Below, piece after piece: positions 1-13,855 of a DNA stretch of 64,000 nucleotides. The notes under the pieces are model-generated. The model saw only the letters and a program-made list of their open reading frames with translations, was not told the origin of the DNA and did no database searches. Numbering within the stretch: position 1 is the stretch's first letter; every line of letters begins with the position of its first letter. The position numbers were made by a program, and so were the translations under genes. The stretch lies in NCBI GenBank assembly GCA_012295275.1, contig CM022665.1, positions 34,410,001-34,474,000 on the forward strand. Direction: 5' to 3'. The DNA is from Chrysomallon squamiferum. Lineage: Eukaryota; Animalia; Mollusca.

Positions 1-875
1 GAAAAAATATATGTTTATATAACACGAATACGAAATGATAATTGTGAGTCGAGGTTCAGATGTATGCGTCATTCCGGATCATGTCTAACCATAATTTACT
101 TGCTTCGAGGAACGGATGTCATACATCCGAGATCCTACCTTAACCGGAGATGCTGATAATTGTCACTCCATATAAACATCACCACTCGTGATACAGTCTA
201 CTTGTCCCAAGAGGTCACGTGGTTTAACAGCATCAGTACAAAATATTATCACAGATTTCACATCCTGCCATAGATGTTGCGTAATTTATCTATCACAGTA
301 ATTAAATAAAAGTTCAAAGTTTAAAACAAATAAATGAGATTTTCCTCTTTTTTTTTTTCCTTTTTAAAAAAAACCCAGCATGAAATCATTAAGAAATGTT
401 TATTATTACTGAATCACATAGGATATTAAACAGGAGTTTAATAATGACTTAATACATGTCTAAACATTAGACAGATTGTAGAAACGTATACAGTGGTAAC
501 GCTATCAAACGGTTCATTTGGAATGAGTTATATGTTGTTGTTTTTTTAATGCCTCAACCCTGTTACAAATAGGAAAGAAATTCTGACCAGCTTTCACTAA
601 TCAGTCAAAAATCAATTAAAAAGTCAATCGAACACGTCAGTTCTGACAGTCTTGACCCGAAAAATGGGAGATAAACTGACGCCTGTAAGTTCGAATGATG
701 ATCATCATTAAATCTCTGAGCACCCGCTGTTGTCAGAATGAACTGGGAAACCTTCTCTGGCAATCCCATTAAACAAAAAGTAGGTATTCACTTTTTTCTT
801 TTAACAGCTGAAATGTTACACGCGCAAATAGATTCCTTTTCTTTTTCTCTCTCATGTTTTCTTTTTTATTATCTC

Positions 876-1265
876 TCAGACAATCTCACAAGAGCAACAT
901 GATGTGTCTTTTGGTTTGTGTGAATTCAAACCGGCGTTCACTGCAGCTTCTTTGAGTCGACTGATGCCGACTTCAGTGAGTGAAGAACATTCAACATAGT
1001 CTGCTCCGATCTTCGCTGCCAGATTTAGACCTTCTTTGGTTGAAACGAAGTTATGTCTTACAACATTCGACGTCGATTCCTCATCGTCCCTTCTATCTAT
1101 GTGAGTGCCAACAAGAATGATTTCCGAGTCTGGGGAGTACTGAGTAACTTCTGGAATCCATATTGTTAAGACGTTCTGCGCAGACTCTGGTCTGGCGACA
1201 GAGAAGCAGACGAAAAACACGTCACATTTTAAATAAGCCATTGCTCTGAGACGGTCAAATTCTTC
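876..1265 (-). CDS. Rho GTPase exon 3 (switch II to CAAX)
   Basis: ttgcag|GAA GAA TTT GAC...; ends CEIV TGA. Confidence 0.93.
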   Translation of the reverse strand, partial: EEFDRLRAMAYLKCDVFFVCFSVARPESAQNVLTIWIPEVTQYSPDSEIILVGTHIDRRDDEESTSNVVRHNFVSTKEGLNLAAKIGADYVECSSLTEVGISRLKEAAVNAGLNSHKPKDTSCCSCEIV

Positions 1266-1557
1266 CTGCAATAATAATAATAAAAGTAATGGCAACAACA
1301 ACTTTAAATTCGTTTCAAATTATAATAAAAATCATTATAATAAAAAAATGAATAAACAGTTTAATCGTTAAAAGTTGAATGATCGCATTAGTCCTCAGTG
1401 ACATTATTTGACTAATTTTTGTTCCAGTCAGAGAACATCAACTGGTTTATCGATGAGTGTGGTTATGTATTACTTGTCAGTGGGAATTCATATATGAAAG
1501 ATCCCATGCTGAACAATAAGCAAAATTCATGATATTACATATATAGGATTTGTATAA

Positions 1558-1616
<59 letters not shown>

Positions 1617-4394
1617 TAAGTTTGACATCTTATAACTTTCATAACCAATATGTCCAACTAATGTAAACATTCTTCCTGTCATTATTTTATTCCTCCCTTT
1701 TAAATACGGATTTTAATTACCATTAACAACATATAAAGACAACAATTTTATTTTATTTTATTTTATTTAATTTTTTTAAATGACGACATTAAAGTCAAGA
1801 ATTTATTAGCATCTTTCCTACACAAGCATCGTACTTAAAACTAAGGACATCCTTAAGGAAGGGGAGTCAACCTGGACGCGACTGATTTGAACTAAACTGA
1901 AGGAAATAGGTGCTGTAATATCTGCGGTTTCATCTTTATTTATTATACTGGCTTAAATCTGGCAGGAAAAAACATTAGCGTTTGGCCTAAAGTTACAGCA
2001 TCCTAGGCGGCAGATGTTTGAGTCGGCCGTTGCTGAAGTGATCTTCAAACACGTGAGAACGATTTCTCAGTGTTCCAGAAGACAAATGGGGCGCCGGTTT
2101 CGTATTTAACTGTTATTTCATCATACCCAGATTCATAATGATTAAAATTCGAAATAATTTCTTATATCAGAATATTTTATTATTTATTAATTACTTTATA
2201 TATATATACATACATACTTATATATATATATACATACATACTTATATATATATTAACATAACCTTCTTTTCGATTATCGAGTTCTTGTCCATAAAAATGT
2301 ATGCCCGAAATCAGACATTTTTATCGATTATTTCTTGATATCAAGGAATACTGATTAAACGTAAACCAGCACCCCATAAAGATGCTGATAAAGCTTGGTA
2401 ACCATGATAATTTGCTTTTCTGATACAGCGCAACTGAAATGATTCAAATATCACGTTAGGTCCTGAAACAATTTATAATCCTAATATAATCTAAGTACAT
2501 AACTTGTGTTACGTGTAACAACAGTTCGAGAGCTTTAACAATTGCCGACGCATTTTGGTAACAAATAGTACAATGGGCAGCAGGAAATAATTTGTTGATT
2601 TTGAAACCCGAGTTATCTCCCGGTCTTCCGGGCTCTCTACGTCGGTCATCAAATTACGCGTGAATAATGACGTATTTTACAGTCGATGAAATAATATTCT
2701 CAAATATCTGCAACATATTTTGTTTGTTTGTTGTTGATTTTTACATATGGTTTTAATTCGGATTTATTTTAATAATTAACAATGTGTGAAACATCTAAAC
2801 GATGTATTTTTCAAGTATATCTGCTTGTGGTAGTGATATTACGATAAAATATGTTGGAGATGAAGTACAGTTTACACCAAAACAGATCACAGCCAGAGAT
2901 ACACAATTTTTTTTCTTCTGTGAAATGAACCTACCTGACCAGATGTGTCGAAAATACTGAGAATGTAGGGTTTCCCATCAACGGTTGTAGTGGCTGTAGA
3001 TAAATAATAAAATAACATTAATATTGTAAAAAAAAAAAATAATAATAATAATTAAAAAAAGAGAAGATAATAATAATAAATAAATAAATTAAAAACATAT
3101 AATAAACCGAAATATGAGAGAGATTCATATATACTTTAGTACTGACCTGAAATAAGAAATTTAATATTTTTTTTTTAAAGATGTGTTTATTTATTTTAAA
3201 TTGAAAACAAAGAATGAATCATGTGTTTTAATTGTAGCTAACGTATTAATACTTTAATATTAAGCACTTTAGATAATTTAACTCTAATACGAATTAAAAC
3301 CTTTCAGTTTCGATTTTTGACATGAGTTATGTAATAGTAATTGTGAAAGTCTAAACGCCAAATTTATTCACCGGTCTCTAATACAGCCATCGTAACCTAC
3401 AAGCCTGTCAAAAACAAAAGCTCTCTGTATAACAATTGACCAACTCTACAAATACTGGTATCACGAAATCTTCAAGTTGAATAATAGTCGCTTTGTGGTT
3501 TACCATGGGGGGGGGATTAAAAATAGCTAGAAAAGGATTTCGTGTTGGTTTAATAACAGAGATCAATTCCGATTAACCGAGAAGTCGCTGTCGAAGAAGT
3601 GTTATGCCAGTTGGTTGCTCTTTTGTCAACAAACCAAATTCATGTGAAGTATCTCCGTACAAAAAGGGGTTCGGGCGAAGTTCGGGAACAAAGAAATACA
3701 TAGGGTGGAGTTATTCAAATATCCATTTTTTAAATCTGATGATGATGTGGGTTTAGTCTGAATGGCCATAAATATGTTAGTGTGTCAGTTTTCAGAACCT
3801 TTATCATTTTAGTTTGTAGGTTATTAATTTCTTTCTTTTCTCTACATTTTTGCAAATTTTAAAATATAATTATTATTATTATTATTTTTTTATTCTTTTA
3901 ATTTTCCCCCTCACAGGAGCCTTAGCTCTCTTTAAATCAAACAAAAACGATTATTTAAAAGACATTCAAAGCTTTCAGCATAATTTCCACGCGCTAAGTG
4001 CTAATACCTTCCAAAGACAACAGGTGTTAATTAATGTTCTTTTCAATAATACTAAATCAATAATAAACGTTCTTTGAAAATGAATCCATTTAACATCTAC
4101 AAATAATCGGTGTTCAATTCGTACCTCAAGTGTTAAACTATAAAATAATAATAAAAATAGATGTGTGTGTATGTGTGTGTGTGTGTGTTCAGCATTTTAC
4201 AGTAAACATTAAAGTAAATGAAATTTATTTTACTTGGCAAATACTAAATATCATATATTTGGCATCTCGTTAAACAGTCTTAATTTTAAATAGTAATAAT
4301 AATAATAATAAAATTTTACAAAATATGTATCATTATGTTCTAGGAGTCCAAAAAGTGTTATTATGTATATATTTTGTATCTACTAAAATGTCAC

Positions 4395-4471
<77 letters not shown>

Positions 4472-5373
4472 AAATCATTTTCACGTTTAATAATAATTTG
4501 TTTGAAAGAATTGACAGAGTATGTAATACTATTTTATTAAATCAAATAATAGTATTTTTAATGATGTCCATTACGATGAGCATGCATATTAAAGCAATGT
4601 AAGATGGTAGTCTGGGAGATAAGCTTATTAACAACAGATTTAATGGACTGCTGTAAGGCTAAAAATGAATAATAACAGAATCACTTGCTTGTGTTACATA
4701 ATATCCTAATTAACTCTGTAAATAAATTGTGAGAAAATATCAAATAAATCCTGTCCTGTAACCACTCTGACTCCAGACAGTTCAGTTGATTCTACGCTGC
4801 CGTTCCAGGTGCCTATTTAAATAACACTTATAACTTAGACAAAGGTCTGAAGTCGCTTTTAAGTGACCATTAAATCTACTTGTTAACGTACAATCCAATT
4901 ACTACCATACAGACTTAAGTATAATAAAGTGTACTCATGTTACACAACTCAGCGATATGGCGACTGTGACGTTAAACTAGCTTAGTGGTAAACGAAATGG
5001 ACGAGTAAACGAAATAATTAACGTGTTTGACATGCGACAAGCAAACTGAGGTCGTAAACTGCTGTTGGGTTAATCTGCTTCAAACTACTGAAGGAATGGT
5101 GATACAAATAAGTCAGACAACGGAAAAAGACAATTTTCTTTTCAAGTGCAAGATTCCGTCACGTATAACGAAATGATGATGTCATGACTTCACCATTTTA
5201 GAGAAAATAGTGGCCCATTAAGAGAAAGGCGTTAAGAAATTTGAAACGAAAATGTAATCTTGATTTTACAAGTTCTTATATAAAAGATACATTCAGTTCT
5301 AGTTTGCACATATTGATGCCATGCCTTTGTCGCTTTCATCAGTCCGTTGAAATAAAGAAAAAGAAGAAGACAA

Positions 5374-5422
<49 letters not shown>

Positions 5423-6573
5423 AATATATATATATATATATATATATATTTAAAATATTTAAAATGACGTCTGTTAATGTTTCTGTTAGTGTATTAACAG
5501 AACCGAATAATGTTATAACATACTATTGTACTTTATATTCTTTTATCTTTTCAGTTAGTTATTAAATGTAGCAAACAAGTAAAAGACTTAATGAGAGACA
5601 AACAGATTGACAAACAGAGAGAGAAAGATAGACACACAGACTGAAACAAAAACATCTGGTATTGTTTCTGAAAATTAAGTTAATGAAACTCGTTTTAAAT
5701 CACAGATTCGTTAATTTAAGCATACATTAAGTCTATTTATAAGTTTTTAATGTGAAACTAATTAACCGAATTACAAATGATTTATGGACGTTAAAATATG
5801 GTCAATTAATTTTTCTTATTCTGTGTAATGGGAAATAAATGTTGTTTCCCGAAAAAGAAAATACTTATGATAAACGAAGTTTCGAAATGACACTTCCTTA
5901 ACATTAAAGAAAATACATTTACACAATTATATATAGAGAGAGAGATTTTAAATTGTCTAAAATAATAATAATAATATTTGTTATTATTATTATTGTTGTT
6001 ATTGTTGTTGGTATTATAATAAAGAATAATAATAACAATAAGAACAACAAGAACAACAAGGAGCATTATAATGACATAACCGTATTAATGAAAATGATCT
6101 CAGCTTAAGGGGTGGGGAAACGCAGTAGTAACGTTAAGAACTGTTTATCTATGAAGAAAAACATTTTATTGCAAAAATAATAAAAGTATAGAGTAAAAAG
6201 AAAATAATTTTCTATAGATAGGTCTCCTGTTTCAACATCATTTCGTTAATCACTCTGTGTGTCATCAGTTTCAGTTACTTTAGTAAATACTGGGTAAATT
6301 AGTAATCGTGACATACCAATATCGATTATCTATAAAACATGTTATATAATTTATGTTAAGTCTAGATCACTCAAATGTTTCACAGTTTATGAATACCGTA
6401 GTTTATAGAACAGTTAAACTGATATAGAAAAAACGACATATATACACGCACAAAACACACATACATTCATACAAAATACATACATACGTGTGTGTGTGTA
6501 TACACACACACACACAAGGAACATTGGCAAGGAACATTGTATTATATATATTTTTAAAAAAATTCCATAACTA

Positions 6574-6610
<37 letters not shown>

Positions 6611-6835
6611 TTAGTATTACGAATTAATTATATAGTAGTAATAGTAATAATAGTAATAACAGCAGTAATAATAGTAACACTCGTAGTAGTAATAAAGAGT
6701 TTGTCAAGAGAAACAATATATGCTTAAATAATTTCAAAATATAATATTAAGAAAATATTGTTATTATAAAATAATACAGGAATTCTGAAAGACATCCTAC
6801 TACATGATTGTAATATGTTTATGTGTCTGTGTGCT

Positions 6836-6870
<35 letters not shown>

Positions 6871-7236
6871 TAACACTAACATATAAACACACTTAATTTA
6901 CGATTTTCACATTCCAGACTTGGTGTATTAATAGAAATCTGCCTGGTAGCAGACAGTCTGAAATACTAGAAAAACAGCAGAAGGCACGCGATGTTGCCAG
7001 CTGCTGTGTGAAGACGATTAAACGAATAAAGAAAGAAAAGAAGAAAGAAAAAAAATCTTCCTTTTCTATCTTAACTCACCGGCATAATTGTCGAACATTG
7101 TTGGTGTATATTCTTCAGTAAAGCCGTGCAAAGCCATTCTGTGAGCAAGACATGATTTTCCAACAGTAGTATCCCCAACCAGAACACATTTGATGTTACT
7201 TTTGTCGAAAGATCTGTATATTTTACTTTTTCCCAT
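876..7236 (-). CDS. Atypical Rho-family small GTPase (Cdc42/Rac/TC10-like), 201 aa; join(7236..7080, 2993..2935, 1265..876)
   Basis: Spliced protein MGKSKIYRSFDKSNIKCVLVGDTTVGKS...EYTPTMFDNYA-ATTTVDGKPYILSIFDTSGQ-EEFDRLRAMAY...LVGTHID...YVECSSL...CCSCEIV* has G1-G5 boxes, a Rho insert and a CAAX box. All introns are GT-AG and phase-consistent. Confidence 0.93.
1381..1512 (+). mobile_element. Degenerate MESC-type molluscan SINE fragment
   Basis: ttccagtcag...actggtttatc...gtggttatgt...tgtcagtggga...catatatgaaagatcccatgctg resembles the MESC core as I recall it, and resembles the second copy at 36.4 kb. Confidence 0.55.
1560..1615. repeat. (AAT)n microsatellite
   Basis: Perfect AAT run. Confidence 0.95.
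2935..2993 (-). CDS. Rho GTPase exon 2 (TTTVDGKPYILSIFDTSGQ)
   Basis: 59 nt, ctacag|...CAG|gtagg; absent from the ORF track; supplies the G3 box. Confidence 0.92.
4398..4468. repeat. (GA)n microsatellite
   Basis: Perfect GA run. Confidence 0.95.
7080..7236 (-). CDS. Rho GTPase exon 1 (P-loop, switch I)
   Basis: ATG at 7236; ends GCC G|gtgagt. Confidence 0.9.
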
Positions 7237-7278
7237 TGTGTACAGTATGGAGATTCTTCCAAAAGCGTACAAGTCTTG

Positions 7279-7389
7279 AATGAAACGGGTGACTGATACA
7301 GAACGGCGTGTTTATTCTCTGAAGTGGAACACACCTCACAGCTGACGTCACTGCCCATGGCATTTGTCGGCCAATTAAAATGCGCGAAA
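7279..7389 (-). promoter_or_regulatory. Proximal promoter of the Rho gene: CRE, CCAAT and E2F-type sites
   Basis: TGACGTCA at 7343-7350, CCAAT at 7371-7375, TTTCGCGC (minus strand) at 7382-7389, all in CpG-containing sequence within about 150 bp of the ATG. Confidence 0.5.
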
Positions 7390-7852
7390 CTGGGACAGTC
7401 ATCTCGTGAAAGGAATTTTAACGTGAAAAAACAATGCGGATCATTTTTTGAGTAGTACACCCATTTCCGATGACCTTACAATATATTTTGAAGAGCTATT
7501 GTGCTCGTGTTGTTTACTGACACTCCTGAGTTACACAATCATCATAAGAAAACATAGTTTAATTTAGTGTGGGCAAATTTAATACTACTAGTATAACAAA
7601 AACGCCTGAGGGGCAGACTTAAATAATCTCTAAGTGACAGATACCTGACAATCAGTCTAAGAAAACAGCGCTAATTAACAGACTGATTTGTTTTTCAAAT
7701 GATAATCTGTGAAATGAAGACAAATCATAGACAAGCTAAAAGAAAAAATACGTCTCTTTGATTAGAGGAAGAAAGATTATGATTAACGGCACAGACATTT
7801 TTATATTCGGTACACGTTTTCAGATAGTGTGGCTTTTGTGTGTGCGAATGTA

Positions 7853-7887
<35 letters not shown>

Positions 7888-9113
7888 ACTGACATATCAA
7901 CAAATTATACATGCATACATACACAGATAAACTACACCGCATGTGCACCTTCCTATTAAGTGCCAATTACATACCACGACTTCTGATAAAGCAGCATGCA
8001 CAGAGAAAACCAGCAAATACCGACCTGTTCAAAATCAGATTAAGAATTACATTACTATTTAAACACACAAAACATTTCATTTTATAAATTTCTCCTTTTA
8101 AATTACCTTTTTCTCTGGTAAAATATAGTAAGCAGTAAGGAATTTATATTTCATTACTATTATTTTGTTATTAGAAGCATCATTAAAAATGTTAAAGCTA
8201 CTTAAAATCGACGAATTCTACGTATTTATATAAAGAGGGAATTGTTATCTATCTTAATTTCATGAAATAAAAAAAAATATTGTAACAGTGGTAAATATAA
8301 TTATGGCTTCGAACAGGATGGCAGTTACTTAGTTAATTCTACACTGTTTATTTTTTCTTTTTATTTTGTTTTCTTTATTTCTATATTTTTTTTTTTCATC
8401 TTATTTCATCATAATACATTATATTATATTATATTATTTTAAAACGCGCAATTTATTTCCAGCTTAAAATCTGTAATTATTTTATTGTAGATGTGTTATA
8501 AAATGAAAATCTGGTTTCATACGATATGTAAATGAATATAATTATTAACGTAAGAATGTTTTCCTGTTTTCTAATCACAAGTAACGACGATACGTGTCTC
8601 GCCTTTCACAAGTGATACACGAAGTAAGCACTACAACTGGCGGCAGCATCCAAGCCGTCAGCAACACTCTTCTCGCGAAGGGTCAGATTAAAACTGATAA
8701 TTATTACTATTAACATTCGTTTTAACAGACTACTAATGTTACTAAATTTCATAAAATACCAAGGAGTGATTTAATATTTAACAGTATCTCAAAACATTTT
8801 AATATTAATGGTTATTAAGTGTCAGACATAAGGATTTTATGTTTAATGAGTGGAAGCCTGTCGCCATTCATGATTCAACTCTTTTCGATTCTGAGTGTGG
8901 ATGTGGGCGATTTATTACATGTTTCCTTCAGATAATTGTTCAGCCATTCTGTCCTGAACATAATTACATATTTTACTTTACTATAGTTCCGCCAAAGAGC
9001 CCATTAATATCAACAGAACGATATTTTGTTCTATATCTTTTCCCCATAATTAGGAGATCACACACTATTTATTTATGAACATCAGTAATGATACACTAGT
9101 TGGGCAGACATAT

Positions 9114-9144
<31 letters not shown>

Positions 9145-11035
9145 TCCATTAATTCCAATTTAGTATTTACTTCTAAACATACTTCTGTTGCCGAAGTACT
9201 AAATTGAAATAGTAAATTAAGTAACACGAAATAAATAGATCTACACAGAAATCATCAAAAATAATTCAAGTTGCAATGTGTGTGTGTGTGTAAGTTTTTA
9301 TATATATATATATGGAGATACACATATCTTATTTAAATTAATTGTATTGGTGAAAATTAACACCCAGTAAATACGGTCACACCATTATTAAATGACTAAA
9401 TTCCAAATGTATGTCACAAAAGAGTACATGTATGAAAACTAAAAATAAAATCCGCTTGTTTACATACTTAGGAATCCGTGAAGCGGATAATATAAGGTGA
9501 GACATAGTATCATCTGAGAATTAAAGACATATAAGGTGTATCTGTCACCTTTATCACGCCACCAGGTAAATGTGACCATTGATAAATGTGTCACACAGAA
9601 TTAAAGCATTACAAATTATTTCTAATGATGACGCCTGTCATTTATATAGATAGCTGAAATCGTGTCGACATGGACTGTTTCCTAACTAATAAAACATATA
9701 TACGTTAATATTCGACTGTTACGTAAAAAGAAGATTGCTTTGTTTATTTATGAACTTTCAACAGGATATTACTCTAACTTTTACGTAGTAATAAATTCAA
9801 TTTACAAACAATGCGTTTGGTTAGTGTGAGTCAAAAATATTTCTGGTTTATAATAAAAATCCGTATAATTTTTTTCTTCAGAGACGTGATAAGTATCTCT
9901 AGGTTCCTGTCAGTGTGTTTGCGTTTTCAAGACAAAAATTAAATTTCTCTATATAAAATGCATAAAAATATCCTAAATTATTTAACTTATTCTATCCCGT
10001 GAATAAACTGTCTTCTAAAATATTATTTTCTGAATTGTTCTTTTTAATCGATTTCTCTTCCTAAATATTCATTTTTTTAAAAACAATTTTGAAATTGTGA
10101 ATATGATAATCTATGAATGTCTGTTAACATTCTTACATGACAGATGTGAAAAACGACCGATTATTTCAATCTTTTACAACCAATAGTTAGTGTGTTATCT
10201 TATTCATCTAAAATATTAAAATATTAACAATGTTTAGTGGGTTATATTGAGAATAATGAGACAACGAAAAAGATTATTCAGTAAAGTTAAAAACCAGTTC
10301 CAATGTTAAAGTAAATCGCTATGGGCATTAATTGAAAGTCTTGTAATTATCAAGATAAATGAACAATATTTATCAACGTGTTACACTAATTGGCTTAAGC
10401 TGTTTACTGTGCCAGAAAGATTTGCACAAAATTTGCACAAAAGAAGAAGAAGAATAACGACAGTGAAAGAAAGGATAAAATACATTAGATTTGCGTCGGG
10501 TTAAATTAAACTGAAATAAAATTGTTAGTGCAGAATATATATCTGACGAAAACATTAGGAACTGCAAGACATTCAAGTAAGTTCGTATTAACTTAAATAA
10601 TGAAATAGTAGAAGTTATTGTAGCAGTTATGGTGATACTGCATGCAATACATCGCAGATGAGAGTAATTGTAAAAACAGCAATGGTTCTTGTAGTAACAA
10701 CAGTAGAGGTAGTTGTAGTGGCGATACTCATAGTAATATACAAATGCACAGACAAGCACACATACAAATATAAACAACAATAACTTGCCTGATATAACAG
10801 TCATAATTAACAGAACAAATATATAAAAGAAACGGCAGTAACAGCAATGTATTATTTTTTTTTTTTGACTTAAATGCTAATAACCTCAGAAAAAAATCCG
10901 TATTATTCTGTCTGAAATCGTCCATTTGTATTTAAAATCTAAATAAATTTATTTGCATTTTAATTTCGGAAGAGCAAGTCTATTTTCAAAGATCTAAACG
11001 AAGTTGAAAAACTGCAGATTTATATATGGCTTAAA

Positions 11036-11689
11036 GATGACTGGAAAAAAGTATATGAAACAAAATCACAGAAAAAAAGTCACAATTTAGTATAGGAAAC
11101 AAATCACTGGAAAAAAGTCACAAAAATATATAGGTTTGTGAAGTACTGATATATGCATGAGGTAGTTGTTAAGCTTATTGATTAGACTAGATTAAAGAAA
11201 GGGGCTTCATACTGTGCAAGGGTGGTGACTTGTTACACTTATTAATTAGGATCAGTTCGGCAGGATTAGGTCTAGCTTAGATTTAAACTAAGGGCTTTCT
11301 TTTGTAAAAGATTTATAAAATGTCCCAGGTTAAAATGTGTTTCACTATATCTTCTCCAGCTTGATGTAGTATCAGAAGTATGTTTAATATGAAAGTTATT
11401 CACAGCAATAAGGGTGGTAACAAAATCTGTTATGAGGGGTTCATGTATACCAAACATGCAACTCGAAAAACAAATGCGACAAAAGATCTATTTGTAATTT
11501 GAAGAATTTCTTCGTGATATTGGGTGGAACATCCGCCTAAACCAATTAACATGAAAATCAAAAATCATTAACAAAATGTGTTTAATCTATCTTTCATTTC
11601 TAATATATTTCTTAAGCTTAATTAAAAATTGTGACTTTTTTCCCTGTGTTTTTTTTCTTTTTTTTTCTTTGACTTTTCCCCCTAGAATC
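11036..11689. mobile_element. Non-autonomous Mutator-like (MULE) DNA element
   Basis: Imperfect terminal inverted repeats built on GGAAAAAAGTCACA(ATTT) at about 11036-11125 and TGTGACTTTTTTCC at about 11627-11689. Flanks ggcttaaa/ggctcaaa suggest a target-site duplication. Internal minus-strand peptide HFNLGHFINLLQKKALSLN resembles a MULE transposase C-terminus. Confidence 0.6.
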
Positions 11690-13855
11690 GGCTCAAAAAC
11701 TGTGAATTTCCTATTTTCTTTCTGTGGCATATAGCATACATTTATCTTAACACTCTCGCGGAAATTTCTAAAGCTCCTTTCCAATATACTGGGTTACAAT
11801 CTGTTACAGAGGTGAAAGATGAAAAATCCACTTCTTGATTAATAATTTATTTATTATTAATACTATGAATGATGACGACTGTATCGACTGGCAAATTACT
11901 AGACCAAAACACATGGCTACTTTGTTTCACCGAATTACCGAAAATACGAAAACAATTCTTCTGAGAAAACTAAGTTATGTAGTGTTAGCAGTTCTGGCTA
12001 CAAAAGATAATGTCTGGTAGATCTATTGTATTCTGCTGACAGCACACTGAGAAACACGGAAATTATTTCTCTGGCAGTCTCCGACATTTGCAAGTCACGT
12101 GTGACAAACTTTTAACATAGCACCAGACATTCTTACATTGATTTAACATTGCGGTTAAATATCACTAACGAAATTATGGAATTATGGATAAAAAAAAAAT
12201 TATGATAATAAATTTTTTTTATTTTCTTTATACATATATAAATAATCATGTAATCACGACTTGCACGAATATATACACAAATATACACATACAAGTCGTA
12301 ATTATCTATACTTAAGTCTTTTGAACATCATATGACATCTAGTAACTTTCCTCACTGAATAGAAATAACAGAAAACATACCAATGATATTTAAATTTAAT
12401 ATTACAAATATTATAAAAGAATGTTTTTAAGTATTAATTTTCAGCATAAACATTTAAATCTGGTTTACTTACACAAACACAAAAGACGCACATACTAATC
12501 TCATATCTGAAATGTTTATAATTCTGAAAATTAAAATATCCATAATTATACCCTCATTTTTAAAATTCTAAATGTTCCATTCATTATATTTCTGAATCCT
12601 TTGTATTATAAATGACAATTAATGATCTGGATTTTATAAAAAAAAAACATAATTGTCAGAAGAGAAAACTATTTCGCGTTATAAATATTAAAGAGAAATA
12701 ATGTTTTTTTTTTAATATTTGTTTTTGCACATTAAGCAACTTTTCATATGCAAAAAAAGCAACCGTGTACAAGTCAGTTTGGAATAAATATTAAATAAAC
12801 AAACCAAACAAACAAAATGGGATAATTTCATTTTGTATTTATCCTCAGGCATAATGAAGAAAACCTATATAATGCTTTGATTAACAATAAAAAATCATAA
12901 AGATAAATAAAACATGTTGGTAATGTCAATAATGATAATGTATGAAAATTTAATATTTACTTTAATATTGTTTACAACACAAAATAACATTATTGTGTAG
13001 CCAGTTCTTTGTAGAATACATATAAAATATATTATGTACATTTACATTTTATGTACAAATATCACAATTTTATCACAAGAGAAGTGTTATTTTAGTGATT
13101 AACAGCTCTAATTTACTTTTTCTAATTCTGGTGCTGATTTTTATTTATTTATATTTTTTAAACTATATTTCATATCCTTTAAACACTAAGATATTTTCAG
13201 CTGTTATTTATATATTATGTATAAATATTATTACATAATTTTTTTTTATCTTACTTTTGGAATATTAAAATTAAAGCAAAGACCGTAACAGTTTAATACC
13301 TGGAATTGTCTTATTAACATTATTTCTAAAGTGACATAAAAGTTTCATAGAATTATTTTTTGTATAATAAAACTTTGATTAGAATTAATTTAATCTGTAA
13401 CCAAAATGTAATAATATTATTGATATGTCACAAATGTATTTTCAATTACAAAACAAACCTTTAACACTTAACAATAATTTCAGGGTCCATAGTTAACAAA
13501 TATAACATATAAAAACTTAAAGAGAATAAAAACAAATAAATTTAATTTAAAAAATGACAAAAATCAAGAACAATCAATCATTACATTAAAAAGCTTAATT
13601 ATCACATGATATATTCTGGTAATACAATAAAAGGAATAAATCTTTGTTGTTAATATAACAACTTTCTAAACAAAGAAAAAAAAGATATGTACATCCTATT
13701 TTTATAATGATAATAAATATGAAATAATAACAAGAGTTCCCAAATGAAACTATAAAATATTGTCAGTCATAGACTGCATATAAAGGTAAGATTAAAAGGT
13801 CAGTGTATTTTGATTTTCCTTAATTTGATTTTGATAAATTTCATTTTAGTACATG

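Noticed and set aside
5806-6727. ORFs with poly-N, poly-I and poly-Y runs
   Set aside because: Translations of AAT/TTA microsatellites within an intron
7071-7460. 129-aa minus-strand ORF overlapping Rho exon 1
   Set aside because: Alternative frame running over the promoter and the real exon, with a non-ATG start and no recognisable motif
10373-10925. 143-aa and 65-aa Cys/Tyr-rich ORFs
   Set aside because: Degenerate trinucleotide low-complexity sequence with no splice or homology support
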